A stretch of DNA of 63,807 nucleotides, filler included, from Octopus bimaculoides (lineage: Eukaryota), in assembly GCF_001194135.2 (NCBI RefSeq). It is 4 parts of 3 records of this genome, joined end to end, with 100 filler letters (N's around TTAATTAATTAA, not from the genome) between each part and the next. Parts side by side here need not be neighbours in the genome. Positions count along the whole stretch, not along the records: positions 15,557 to 30,542 come from NC_068984.1; positions 30,643 to 43,659 come from NC_068989.1; 2 more parts are not named here. One strand, given 5' to 3'. The notes below the pieces were generated by a model. That model was given only the letters and a program-made list of their open reading frames with translations, ran no database searches and was not told where the DNA came from. Position 1 is the first letter of the stretch. Each line of letters begins with the position of its first letter. Position numbers and translations under genes: made by a program. Positions 24,263-37,325 of the stretch are shown in pieces.

Positions 24263-27089
24263 GCGCATCATTATGTACTTGTTATATCAGACACAATACT
24301 TTTATGTACTATCTGTATACCAGAGAACAGCATTATATAATAGAATGTTATTATGTACTTTCGACATATGATGCAATATCCTTCAGTACATGCGATTTAT
24401 GATACAATAGCATTATACAACACAATGTTGCACGTACTTGTTGTATATCATGCTACCTTATTATGTATTTATATCATCAACAGAATATACACCAACCGTT
24501 TACAGAGAATCACTTCTTTCACTAACCATCTTACACTTTGGTTTGTAGAGGAAGAATATTGTTATTAATCTTTAATCTAACCACTCTTATCGAGGGTTCA
24601 TATTTAATCTAACCGCTGTTATTAAAATAGCACCAATTGTGAAATAAAAACCTTATTTAATTAAAAGTATCCACATNNNNNNNNNNNNNNNNNNNNNNNN
24701 NNNNNNNNNNNNNNNNNNNNNNNNNNNNNNNNNNNNNNNNNNNNNNNNNNNNNNNNNNNNNNNNNNNNNNNNNNNNNNNNNNNNNNNNNNNNNNNNNNNN
24801 NNNNNNNNNNNNNNNNNNNNNNNNNNNNNNNNNNNNNNNNNNNNNNNNNNNNNNNNNNNNNNNNNNNNNNNNNNNNNNNNNNNNNNNNNNNNNNNNNNNN
24901 NNNNNNNNNNNNNNNNNNNNNNNNNNNNNNNNNNNNNNNNNNNNNNNNNNNNNNNNNNNNNNNNNNNNNNNNNNNNNNNNNNNNNNNNNNNNNNNNNNNN
25001 NNNNNNNNNNNNNNNNNNNNNNNNNNNNNNNNNNNNNNNNNNNNNNNNNNNNNNNNNNNNNNNNNNNNNNNNNNNNNNNNNNNNNNNNNNNNNNNNNNNN
25101 NNNNNNNNNNNNNNNNNNNNNNNNNNNNNNNNNNNNNNNNNNNNNNNNNNNNNNNNNNNNNNNNNNNNNNNNNNNNNNNNNNNNNNNNNNNNNNNNNNNN
25201 NNNNNNNNNNNNNNNNNNNNNNNNNNNNNNNNNNNNNNNNNNNNNNNNNNNATCTAACCACTCTTATCGAGGGTTCATATTTAATCTAACCGCTGTTATT
25301 AAAATAGCACCAATTGTGAAATAAAAACCTTATTTAATTAAAAGTATCCACATATCAGGTAGGACCTTCCTTACATTAATCATCACTCGTTACCCAATTT
25401 TAGATCTTAGCAAATTTTCTGCTAATCAGGTATAGTTCATACGAGTAATTTATGATTACGAATCATTAACCACGCCAAAAATCTATAACCACCACACAAA
25501 CACTTCAACCAGAATATAACTACTGGGGTTTTATTAGTGCCCTTTGGGTGTAAATTTCCTGTCAAAAGAGATTGTTAACACGACCGGCCGTACTGTAAAT
25601 GCGCACAAAGAGTTAAACTAAAATATCTTTCAAGCTAGAAACACAGACAGCACACTCATCCGTTTAAGCCCAGAAATAAGTATAATCTCATTTTTTTCGA
25701 AAAGCATTTGGGTCTTGAAAGAGAGACAGAGAGAGAGAGAGTAACTCCAAGACAAAATAGAGGATTACTTGCAGAGACAAACGCCCAGAACGACCGCGAC
25801 ACTGGGGATCTGAAAAAAAAATCTCAAGATTTTGAAAGTATCTGATTACGTTTTTGAACAGGAAACAAACTTTCTCGCCACACCACCATGCAAAGAAATA
25901 TAGCTATGAAAACTCGCATCGTCCTCCTGTATCAGTGAATTTCAAACTGCACACTGATGGAACTTCAGAACCGATACAGGGCAGTGAAATTTGGTGGTTG
26001 GGGTGGTAGCTTTCTGGTGGTTGGGGTGGCTGTAAAGGTGGTGGTGGTGATAAATGTGCTGGTGGGGCGGGTGGGAGTGTTGACGGTGGTGGTGGCGGTN
26101 NNNNNNNNNGGTGGTGATAAAGGTGCTGGTGGGGCGGGTGGGAGTGTTGACGGTGGTGGCGGTGGTGGTGGCGGTGGTGGTGGCGGCGGTTGTGCTGTGG
26201 CAGATGCGTTGGTGTTGACGCCGACGATGGTGACGAATAAGACGGGTAGACGTTGCAGTTTCTTCTAACATCGTCATCATCATCGCCACAACCACCACCA
26301 CCACCGCCATCATTGCAGTTGTCACCAATATCACCATCTTATTTAAAACAATTATAATATTAACTAGAATTATCATCATCATCATCAACCACCTGAACAA
26401 CACCACCAACAGCATCAGCAGCAGTAACAGCAGTAGCAGCAAAGTTTTACACAAACTGCTCCAAGTATTTTTATGTTTTTTTTTGTTTTATTTTGTCTGT
26501 CTGCGGTGAGAGAGCAATGCAACTGACCCTTATCCTTTTCGTTATCAACCCTAACCCTAACCCAAGACCCAAATTAATCCCACCCATTCAACACTTTGGA
26601 AGCTCCACCGCAACCAAAATTTCTGTGACCCCTTTTTTCTGTAAAGTTGCCCTTGTTTAAGTCCCATTCTTCTTCAGTGAATCAGTTGTGTGTGTGTTCC
26701 CGGGCGACGTGATGACAGCCTTGTTATAATGTCTCAACAGGGTTCCTGACTCTCACAACAACAACACAATCAACAATCTGTCAGAAACACAGTCACCTGT
26801 TGGACCCTAGACCCTTTGAGGCTCCCTTACTAACCCCTTGCAACAATACTGACAAATTGATCGGCCATGCTGAGGCGAACCGTCACTTTTTTTCTGGACT
26901 CGTTTCTATCGACGCTAATTACTCGTTGTTTCGCTGGTTGGATACCTGGTGGTGGTTATGGTCGTCATTGTTGTCAGCGTCGTTGCAGTAGTGGTGGAGG
27001 TGAGGATGGTGGTAGTAGTGATGGTGATAGTGGAGTGGTGACGTGGTCGACATTGTAGTAGTGGGAGCAGCAGTAGCAGTCATAGTAGC

Positions 27090-27109
27090 GGTCATAGTAG
27101 TAGTAGTAA

Positions 27110-27160
<51 letters not shown>
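27090..27160. repeat. (TAG)n microsatellite
   Basis: Direct reading. Confidence 0.95.
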
Positions 27161-27214
27161 AAGTATAGTTGTAAGTTATTAAATATTATTAATATTAATG
27201 TTACACTTCATGTA

Positions 27215-27330
27215 TTAGTGACGTACCAACCATTGCATGCCACCTTGGGAAAGTATCTACTATAGCTTCAGGCCAACCAAAACTTTGTAAATGGATTTGG
27301 TAGACGGAAACTGAAAGAAGCCTGTTGTAT
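27215..27330 (+). mobile_element. Family A SINE, partial
   Basis: CORE-like and GGATTTGGTAGACGGAAACTGAAAGAAGCC segments. Confidence 0.75.
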
Positions 27331-27331
27331 G

Positions 27332-27378
<47 letters not shown>

Positions 27379-28030
27379 NNNNNNNNNNNNNNNNNNNNNN
27401 NNNNNNNNNNNNNNNNNNNNNNNNNNNNNNNNNNNNNNNNNNNNNNNNNNNNNNNNNNNNNNNNNNNNNNNNNNNNNNNNNNNNNNNNNNNNNNNNNNNN
27501 NNNNNNNNNNNNNNNNNNNNNNNNNNNNNNNNNNNNNNNNNNNNNNNNNNNNNNNNNNNNNNNNNNNNNNNNNNNNNNNNNNNNNNNNNNNNNNNNNNNN
27601 NNNNNNNNNNNNNNNNNNNNNNNNNNNNNNNNNNNNNNNNNNNNNNNNNNNNNNNNNNNNNNNNNNNNNNNNNNNNNNNNNNNNNNNNNNNNNNNNNNNN
27701 NNNNNNNNNNNNNNNNNNNNNNNNNNNNNNNNNNNNNNNNNNNNNNNNNNNNNNNNNNNNNNNNNNNNNNNNNNNNNNNNNNNNNNNNNNNNNNNNNNNN
27801 NNNNNNNNNNNNNNNNNNNNNNNNNNNNNNNNNNNNNNNNNNNNNNNNNNNNNNNNNNNNNNNNNNNNNNNNNNNNNNNNNNNNNNNNNNNNNNNNNNNN
27901 NNNNNNNNNNNNNNNNNNNNNNNNNNNNNNNNNNNNNNNNNNNNNNNNNNNNNNNNNNNNNNNNNNNNNNNNNNNNNNNNNNNNNNNNNNNNNNNNNNNN
28001 NNNNNATACATATATATACATACATGCATA

Positions 28031-29188
28031 CAGAGGTTGGACAAAATAATGGAAACACCTAGCATCATAATTTTGAAATATCAATAAAACCGTCAAAAGC
28101 TTATTTATTTTAATGCCTTTTGCTTTATTATTAGTGTTGCTTAATATGTTTTGCTAAAATTGCTGTTTCTTTTCAGATATCATCAGAAAAAGGTAATTAA
28201 AATTCATTAAATTGACAGATCTATCGGACTTTCAAAGAGGTCAAATTGTTGGTGCTCGTATGGCAGACGCTAGCGTAGCAAAAACAACCGAAATAGTTGG
28301 TGTATCAAGAAGTACTGTCTGGAAAGTAATGACAGCCTTTGGGAAAGAGGGAAAAACCTCCTTGTCGAAACAAAACTCCGGAAGAAAACCAAAACTTTCA
28401 GATAGTGACCGTCGGACTCTTACGCGAATTGTTAGAAAGGATCACAAAAGTGCAGCTCCCAAAATTACCGCAGAGCTTAATGACCACCTCGAGAACCTAG
28501 TTTCCACAAAAAACTGTTCGCCGGGAGCTGCACAAATCCGGATTTCATGGGAAGGCTGCAATCACAAAGCCACTACTTTCAAAAACAAACGTTGCAAAGC
28601 GTTTAGAGTGGAATAAAAACCCACAGAATTGGTCCCTAGAGCAGTGGAAGAATGTTATTTGCTCGGACGAGTCATTCTTTACCTTATTTCCGACCACAGA
28701 CCGAGTATACGTGTGGAGACAGCCAAAAGAAGCATTTGACCCAGACTGCTTTCTTCCAACTGTGAAACATAGAGGAGGATCTGTGATGATCTGGGGGGCT
28801 ATATCTTGGAAATCCGCTAGCCCAATGGTTTCCTTTTATGGCAGAATTAATAGTCAAGACTGTTTAAACATTTTATCTGATCAAATTCATCCTATGTCTG
28901 CGGAACTGTTTCCGGAGGGAAACGCAATCTTTCAGGATGATAATACACCAATTCACAAAGCTAAAGTTGTTACTGAATAGCACGAGGAATATTTTAGTGA
29001 AGTTGAACATCTTATCTGGCCACCACAGTCCCCAGATCTCAATATTATTGAACATTTACGGTGCACTTTAGAAAAAGCTAGCAAGGAGTCGATATCCTCC
29101 ACCATCATCACTACAAGAACTGGAGACTGTTTTAGCTGAAGAATGGGCAAAAATTCCTTTGGAAACAATTCAAACTTTGTACGAGTCC
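28031..29188 (+). mobile_element. Tc1-family transposon, pseudogenised transposase, right end missing
   Basis: TA then TIR-like CAGAGGTTGGACAAAATAATGGAAACACC. HTH region DLSDFQRGQIVG...SGRKPKL; catalytic SDES, FQDDN and WPPQSPDLNIIEH; frameshift near 28510 and a stop near 28978. Confidence 0.92.
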
Positions 29189-29189
29189 T

Positions 29190-29942
29190 AACTTTCTAGC
29201 TAACTTCCACTGTTTACAGAAGTGCTTGAAAGAAAGGTGTGTAGCATGTGATCGTCACATTGACCATGACGGAGAAAGTTGTCATGGTGATACCAGCTCA
29301 GAGACCTCTGCAAGTTGCAGAAAGTATATGGAAAGGAGTGTATGAGCCACACACAAGTGTACGAGGAGTGTTTCAGACATTTCCAAGATGGCCGAAAAAT
29401 GTCGATATTGACAAACGTTCTGGAAGACCCACAACCAGCAGAACTGAGGAAAATATCGCAGATGTGCTTGCAGCTGTGAGGGGAAATCGTCGAATCACCA
29501 TCCGTGAGTTATCAGAGGATGTGCAGATTAGTTACGGTTCAGTTCAGTCCATTATCACTGAAGATCTGGGTGTGAGACGTGTGTCTGCCAAGTTTGTTCC
29601 ACAACTGCTTTCAGCTGACCAAAAAGACACTCGGGTTTCAGTTGCTCAAGATATCCTTGATTGTGATGAGAATGATGAAAACTTTTTGAAAACTTTGCGT
29701 AGGCCTCTGAGCAGGTATCGCCAAACTTTTGGCAAAATTTGATGCAGATTCTCTGCTCAACTTTTTCTGTCATTGTCCATGCGATGATCACACGCTACAC
29801 ACCTTCCTTCCAAGCACTGCTGTAAACAGCAGAAGTGAGCTGGAACGTTAAAATTTAGTGCGCAATCTGTGCCAAGCGGCTTTACTCTGCATGCTTTGAC
29901 TTCGTTACTATGGCAACAGTCCGGATACTGATCAGACCACAT
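29190..29942. mobile_element. Mariner-family fold-back relic (5' portion plus inverted 5' end)
   Basis: Plus strand RSGRPTTS...RRITIRELS...LGVRRVSAKFVPQLL; minus strand MTEKVEQRICIKFC; mariner-like TIR GGTCTGATCAGTATCCGGACT at the right end. Confidence 0.85.
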
Positions 29943-30334
29943 ATACACAGACACACAGTACGCATACTTACGTACGAGTACGTGATGTTTGTGTATGAAT
30001 ATATATGTACGTATCTATGCATGTGCATGTGTGTGTGTGTGTGTGTGTTTGTATGTGTGTGTGTGTTTGTGTGTTTGTGTGTGTTTGTATGTGTAGTCTG
30101 CAGAATGACGAACTCAAGTGGACTTAGCCGTTCGATAGAGATTGTTAAAGAAAGTTGTGGTTAAGATTTTGAGATCAACAAATCGGACTAAATGAAATGT
30201 GGGCGGTGCCTCTACATGGCCATTATCCATCGCCTGAAAGAGAGAAAAAATGAAAGACTCTGGCTATCCTTCCATCCATACATTCATTATCAAAAGTACA
30301 CCCATTGTCTGTCAGACATACATTAGTGGCGCAA

Positions 30335-30461
30335 GCATAGACGCGGGATTAAGAAGATCGCTTTGCAATCACGTAGTTTCATGTTCAAACCCACAGCGCG
30401 GCACCTCCAAGCCGACCAATGACTTAAGAGTGAACTTCGTAGATAGAAACTGTGTAGAAGC

Positions 30462-30470
<9 letters not shown>
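30335..30470 (+). mobile_element. Family A SINE, degenerate partial
   Basis: GGTTCAAACCC-like B box, GCGCGGCACC and GTAGA...AAACTG...GAAGCCC segments. Confidence 0.55.
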
Positions 30471-30503
<33 letters not shown>

Positions 30504-30642
30504 CTCTCTCCCTATATATATATATGTATATATATATATATANNNNNNNNNNNNNNNNNNNNNNNNNNNNNNNNNNNNNNNNNNNNTTAATTAATTAANN
30601 NNNNNNNNNNNNNNNNNNNNNNNNNNNNNNNNNNNNNNNNNN

Positions 30643-30683
<41 letters not shown>

Positions 30684-30974
30684 TATATGCAGTTAAGTAT
30701 AGGTCCGGTCACAGAGTGACCAGTGCTTTCGCATCAATCAGAGGCTTAGTCTCAAGGATGATTCGCCAGACTCTAAAGCCAAAGGCCTATAATTCTTCAA
30801 ATCTGGGAGGTAGGAATCCATTGCAGCCAGTTAGTTAATAAGGAAACAAACAATAAACAATCCAGGTCACCGAGGGCTGGTTATCTCCCTTAGACCAACC
30901 CATGTGGGTCAGGAAAGTGGAAACAGGGAACTCTGCCCTTAGATTGCTTTTAGCTCATAAGGATCTTTTGGGAT

Positions 30975-31390
30975 CTAATTGATGAATGGGGAATCTCATG
31001 CTTGCAGCAGGTAGCATTTGAAATGGATGGAGGTGCTGTAAATTTCTTGCCAAGAGTCCAGTAATTCTGGTTTCAAGGAGTCTTTGAAAATTCTTGCTCA
31101 CTCAACTAAGCAAAACTTGCAGCATCTGCTCTCGTTAATATAGGATCCTGGCCACTCTATGATCCTCCACTTGATATTGTATGGGGTCCCTTCATCTTTG
31201 AAGCACCACACATGGCTTCCCAAGGATGTAATGAATCATCTTTCTGGAATTCTGAAAGAAGACCTGTGGTTGTACAGGCACTGCTTGAAAGCCGTCCCGG
31301 CTGACCCCATATATTTTGGGGCTTGAGTGTTGGTTGTGTTCACATTTCTGATGCATCTTCAGTTGGATCCAGGCCTGGAGATGTTGTTGC
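30975..31390 (-). mobile_element. Penelope-like GIY-YIG endonuclease fragment
   Basis: KYMGSAGTAFKQCLYNHRSSF...SLGSHVWCFKD...YNIKWRII...CKFCLVE, a PLE endonuclease pattern with stops. Confidence 0.8.
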
Positions 31391-31919
31391 TGCTCATGTT
31401 GCTGGAGCTGCTATCTATTCAAATCAACTTCAATAGTTGGTATAAAACCGTTGGTAACATTCTGTCAGGTATATTTATATTTATTCTAATATATATATGA
31501 GGTGTGGGTCTGGTGATATTGCTGTGGCTGTTGTCATTGTTGTGATTGTCCATGGCTGTAGCATTGCCGCTGCTGACACCGATGGTGATGTGGGTGCTGT
31601 CACTGGCAATACTAGGCATGGGGCCAGTAGCCTCACTGGTGCTGCTGGTATTGGTGTGGTTGTCATCTCTGGCTGTAGCAGTGGTTTTGGGGGTCATTGT
31701 AGTCAGTGCTGGTGTTTCTGATGCTGTTGCAGCTGCCATTGCTGTCGACACAGTTGAATTATCCATTGCTGCTATTACTATGGTCACTAGGTCTGGGAAT
31801 CACCACAGCCTCACATTATCCCCCACCACCACCACCACTGGGCAGTCATTGTACTCCTTGCATGAGCAACTGGCATCCTCCCATGTTTTATGGGTGTTTG
31901 CTAATCTACTTTACATACA

Positions 31920-32092
31920 GTTCTATATTTGAGAGATGAGGAATTATGTACATTATTTACATGTGACAGATATTTGTCCTCATCTTGTTTGTTGTTATCA
32001 CAATGTTTCGGCTGATATACTCTCTAGCCTTCTTCAGGTGTCCTGGGGGAATTTCGAACTTGGTATTTTTTAGGAATGAGAACCCAGGTTCA
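31920..32092 (-). mobile_element. Family D (tRNA-hammerhead) unit, 3' part with inversion junction
   Basis: Matches 37330-37440; minus-strand CTGAAGAAGGCTAG...CAGCCGAAACATTGTG. Confidence 0.8.
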
Positions 32093-32313
32093 AAACAGAT
32101 AGAAATCAAACGCAGATCACTGCATCCAATGCAAAATCAAACACAAACATGATTCATTCAATTATTGATGATGTCACTAAAAAAGCTGACCACTCAGATA
32201 TCCTGTAGACGGGATGGTATCAGCAAGTTGTCTTGTTTTTTTCATTTTTTTCGTGCATCTCATTTTCTTGGATAGGTACATTATAAATTGAAATTTCTCT
32301 TGCTACTAATTGG

Positions 32314-32366
32314 CAGAGCAGAGCAGAGCAGAGCAGAGCAGAGCAGAGCAGAGCAGAGCAGAGCAG
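32314..32366. repeat. (GCAGA)n pentanucleotide repeat
   Basis: Direct reading. Confidence 0.95.
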
Positions 32367-32469
32367 TGTCTGTAGCAGTCAAGACTATGAATGACAACAA
32401 TGATGATGACAATATGCTTCCTGAAATATAACAGCAAATATAAAAAAACAAGATGTCCTCTGGGGATTG

Positions 32470-33330
32470 CATGTCTCATCAAGGATCGCATAGAAGTTTT
32501 TTTCAGCACTAGACTGATGCTTCCTGAAATCTAATAAATATAGTAAAATATTTAATTGGCACACAGTTAAAGTGTCATGTACCAATTCATCCAACCCAGA
32601 GTACCATATACATATGATAAACAAAGGGAAAATTAAATTGGCGGTCGAGCAGCCTAAACAATGGGCCACCAACCATGGACTGGGATCCATCTAGGAACAC
32701 GCTAAACAACAATAACAATAACCACTTAGCCTATAATAATCACAACAAAATGATGAACAATACCCCCCCCCCAAGTAACAAGCCAGCTAGCAGTAAAACC
32801 GAACCTAAAACTGAAAGCTACAGGCTATACACACAGAAAAATGACAGTCGATAACAAAGGCTCACACAGGAACAAAACCAAGTGTCTTCTGAAGAACTTC
32901 TGTATGAGTTGTAATGTAATATATAAATGCACCATGAACACCAGAAGATGCCTGTATGTGTATATTGGCGCAACTGCTGATATTTTCAAAAATAGATATA
33001 GAAACCACATCACTGACTTGAAAAAAGTCAACAAAAGGCACCCAACACCATTGGCCAATTTCGTTTGGAAACTGAAAGACGAGAAGGTTAGATATGGCTT
33101 GACTTGGTCAACAATAAGACATGTGAATCCATACAACACTCTTTCCAGGAAATGCCAACTATGTTCCGAGGAATCATTGTCCATAATTGTGACCAAGGAT
33201 AGGATTATTAATAGATTTTCAGAGAAATTGGTAAGATGTTTGCATACAAACAAGCATACATTTGCACACTACGATGGATATAAGGATTACACATTAACTA
33301 CAGAAAACACAACAGTTAGCTAATCTAAAC
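32470..33330 (+). mobile_element. Penelope-like element fragment (linker plus GIY-YIG endonuclease)
   Basis: SKIFNWHTVKVSC linker; ORF 32841-33323 NVIYKC...YIGATADIFKNRYRNH...LANFVWKLKD...KCQLCSEE. Confidence 0.88.
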
Positions 33331-34367
33331 TCCACTCCTCACTACACACACACACACGTGAAAACATCCTGCAAGACAACCTTGGTACCTACACCACTGA
33401 ACAACCTGATGAGCCTGCAATGCCATGTAAGTGAACATTAATACTGACTGTACACTGTCCTGAATTTTTTGGTGTATACAAGTAAATGTGTCGATTAAAT
33501 AAATTATTCAAACCACAATCCAATGCTTTCCCATTGTTTTACTTTGAGGTCACCCACATGCCTATTTCATCTGCTACCTCAATGACATCTTTTCCTACAC
33601 CTTTCCTGCTACAAATACAAGAGAGTTTGGCATGTGTCAACACACTGCCAAAAATATATGTATGTGAGTGTGTCTACGTATATATTCAAAGACCTGTGTA
33701 TATGTGAGCATGTCCAGCGAACCCACCCCCCTCCCCAACGCACCAGCCCAGTCATCTATAACTGACTGTAGAATTTGCTATGCAGCAGAGAGTGAGATAC
33801 TGGTTATCTGCAAACAACTTGGTTGTTTATGACCACATTAAATGACTTCCTGTTGGCAACACGAGCGAGTGTGTAAGTGTGTATACGTTTACATATGTGT
33901 CAATGAATGTATACACATCCTTCTTCCTTTTAACAGTCAAATGTTGTAATTTGACAGGTTTTAATTTCTGTCCTTGATTATTTTGATTTAATTTGTTATA
34001 TGTAGCCAGACCCATCTGCAGGTTATAACCCCAGTGTACACACATACTACGAGAGAGTACATGTCTGGAGGAACTCAGTATATATAGGATATCTTTAATA
34101 CCAAAAAAAAAAGGAGACACAGAATGCACTAATTGAAACAGCACAATATCCTACCTGTAAGAGACAGCTGCAAGATGGGTCAAAGCGATTGTTGTGTTGA
34201 ACATAGATTCATACCAAATCCATTTTGTTTCCCTCATCAATTATAAATCAAATGAACACTGCAGAATTCCTGACGTAGATCCAGTGAAAATTATACTGTA
34301 ACTGTGGATGACATCAGGTAGCCCAAACAGTGAATAATTACTGATATATATATATATATATATATAT

Positions 34368-36701
34368 ATGGTTGTCACGCGGATAAGATGGACTCTGAAG
34401 AAGAAAACATTCCTCCCAAGATCAAATCCACCTTCCTGGAGGAAGTACAACACCACTGCCCTCCGAGACCTCCAGAAGGTCCGTCTTTTTCAAGAGTCTG
34501 TCAAAAAGCAGTTGAATGAAAACCCCCCATGTGACAGCTCTGATCCCAATGCAGAGTGGGCCATGCTCAAGAACATCATCACCAAATCTGCAAGAGAGAA
34601 CATCAGTTTCCAAAAGCGATCCCGTGCAGACTGGTTCGACTCAAATAGTCTTGAAACCTCCACCTTGATTGATGCCAAGCGATCGGCACTCATTGAACAT
34701 CTAAACAACCCCACATGTTTCAAGGAAAGAAGCCAAGTCACTCTGCCAAAGAAGGATTCGCAAGATCAAGAATCAATGGTGGCAAGCCAAAGCTGTCCAA
34801 CTCCAATCCTTTGCTGACAGCCGAGACATGAGGAACTTTTTTGCTGGAATCAAGGAAATCTACGGTCCCCAAAGATCATCAACATCCCAGCTGTAAACAG
34901 CAGACAACTCAACTATCACCGAGAAGGATGGGATTCTTCATCGCTGAAAAGAACACTTCGAAGCTTTGTTGAATCGCCCGTCCACTGCTTCTGAAGACTC
35001 GCTGAAGAACATTCCTCAATACCCTGTAAGACCGGAACTGTCATGTCCCCCTTCCCATATCGAATTCATGACTGCTTTCAATCAAGTGAAACCTAACAAA
35101 GCTCCCGGACCTGACAACATTCCCTTTGAACTCAAAGCGGGTAGACCTGCTCTTCATGCAAGACTCTTCATGCTGATTCTGCAAATCTGGGAGAAGAAAC
35201 AGATTCCTCAAGATCTCAAAGATGCAGTCATTGTCACCATCTTCAAGAAAGGGGATAGGAGTCTTTGTGGTAACTATCGTGGTATCTCTCTGCTTTCAAT
35301 CGCAGGCAAGATCATCGCTCGAATCTTGTTACAACGTTTCCAAGTAGTTGCTGAGTCAGTCTTTCCTGAGTCACAGTGTGGTTTCAGAAAGTCAAGAGGT
35401 ACCATCGACATGATCTTTTGTGCACGTCAGATCCAGGAGAAGAGCCAGGAGCAGCAGAAACCTGTCTTTTTCATCTTTTGCAACTTGGAAAAAGCTTTCG
35501 ACAGTGTCCCACGAGAGGTCATGTGGGATATCCTACATCGTTACAGTTGTCCTGGAGGCTTCATTTCGCTGATCAAGGGTTTCCATGATGAAATGCTCCA
35601 ACCCTGTTTTCTCTCTACATCGCTGCCATGCTCCCCAAAATTCCAACAGACAACTCCGGAGTGGAACTCAGATGTAGATTTGATGGCGGACTTTTCAACG
35701 TCTCACGTTTCCGATCAAAACATCACTGTCGAGAGCAGTGATAACGCAGCCCCAGCTTCAACTGCAAAGGACCTCCAAACCTCAACAAACAACTTCAGCA
35801 GAGCTTATCAAACCTTCGGCCTGAAAGTGAACATCACCAAAACCAAAGTGCTCGCTCAACCAGCTCCTCGTACCAACCTTGACAGCCCCAACATCACCAT
35901 CAACAACCAATCAATTGAGGTCGTTGAGGATTTCTGCTGTCTTGGAAGTTTTCTGTCATCCACTGCAGGATCTGGTAAGGATATTGAACATCGCATCCAA
36001 TCAGGTCATGCCTCTTTTGGTCATCTCAAAGCCAGGGTCTTTTGCAACAAGGATCTGACATTCAAAACGAAGCTCATGGTCTATCAGGCTGTTGCCGTAT
36101 CAACTCTGCTGTACGGGTGTGAAACCTGGACTGTTTACCGTAAGGACATGAAGAAACTAGAGCGCTTCCATCAATCCAAACTTTGTTCTGTCCTGAACAT
36201 CAACTGGGAAGATCACATCACCAATAACTCTGTGCTTGAAAGATCAGGTCTCCTGAGCATCGAAGCCTTGATCATCGAACATCGTCTCCGATGATCAGGT
36301 CACATCCGTCGGATGAATGAGCATCACCTCCTCAAGATCTGTCTCTACGGTGAAATGTCTGAAGGAAAACGTCCTCATGGAGCCCCCTTGAGGCAATACA
36401 AGGACCAACTCAAATCAACCCTGAAAAGCACCAACATCGACCCCGCACACTGGGAAGATATCTCGGTAAACAAACCCCATCTGGAGACACACCATCAAAA
36501 TGAGTTCTGTGGACTTCAAGAAAGCCCAAGTCACAAGAGCTGAACTCAAGAGACGGGAGAAAACAGCGCCTTCTCCTTCCTAAACCAGCCCCTTCTATCC
36601 CCGTATATGTTTCATGCAACCTTTGAATTGTGGAGCCATCTGCGATTCAAACACCCAGGAAAATGAACTGGATTGCAAGCTCGGAAACATGAGACGCAGC
36701 C

Positions 36702-36708
<7 letters not shown>
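34368..36708 (+). mobile_element. RTE-clade LINE, 5'-truncated, internally deleted RT
   Basis: KAPGPDNIP, IVTIFKKGDRSLCGNYRGISLLS, PESQCGFRKSRGTIDMIF, LEKAFDSV, FGLKVNITKTKV, LLYGCETW. QGCV and YADD motifs are missing. Flanked by (TA)n. Confidence 0.93.
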
Positions 36709-36743
<35 letters not shown>

Positions 36744-36759
36744 GAGAATATACAAATAA

Positions 36760-36900
36760 TAACAACAGACGAGGACAGGTGGTGTAAATAACAAAAGGAT
36801 ATATTAGTATGACGCTCGGGAATACGGAAAGTCTTTGACGTTTCCAGCTACGCTCTTCAACAGAAAGAATACGGAGACAAGGAGAAAAACACGGAGAAAA
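36760..36900 (-). repeat. Family G repeat
   Basis: Reverse complement of the CTGTTGAAGAGCGTAG...GTCAAAGAC block. Confidence 0.55.
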
Positions 36901-37325
36901 AAAATTGAATAGTGTTCAGTCAACGGTCAATCGAGATATTCTATCTGTTTGTCCCACAAAGTATAAGTAAGACACCATCTCATTTATAAGTGTGTGTGTT
37001 TTGTCCACTTTCACACTTTAACTATGGTGAGGATAATGATGATGATGGTGTGACCAGAGCTAAAGTGTCAAAATTTCCCAAAATCGACACCTTTCAATCT
37101 CTCTCTCCCTCTCTCTCTCTCTCACTTCTCTCTCTCTCTATTTATCTTTTTGTCTTTCTATTTGGCTGGAAATTGTCCTGTGGGGAGAATGGTCAGCGTT
37201 CAAGACAATGACAACCACCACACCAATATATTTATTCATTTATTAATTCAAGAATGGTCTGTTCTGTACAATTAAACACAGTCAATCACTCTCTTTCTTT
37301 CTCTCTCTCTCTCTCTCTCATTGCT

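Noticed and set aside
24575-25353. Exact 102 bp repeat on both sides of a gap (similar cases near 7440/7490, 16230/16350, 26040/26110, 37860/37911)
   Set aside because: Most likely unmerged contig overlaps; cannot be called tandem duplications without reads.
26547-26563. CCCTAACCCTAACCC telomere-like motif
   Set aside because: Under three units; expected by chance.
26620-26900. Unique stretch with Sox/TCF-like words, considered as an enhancer
   Set aside because: Short motifs alone are not evidence; conservation or chromatin data would be needed.
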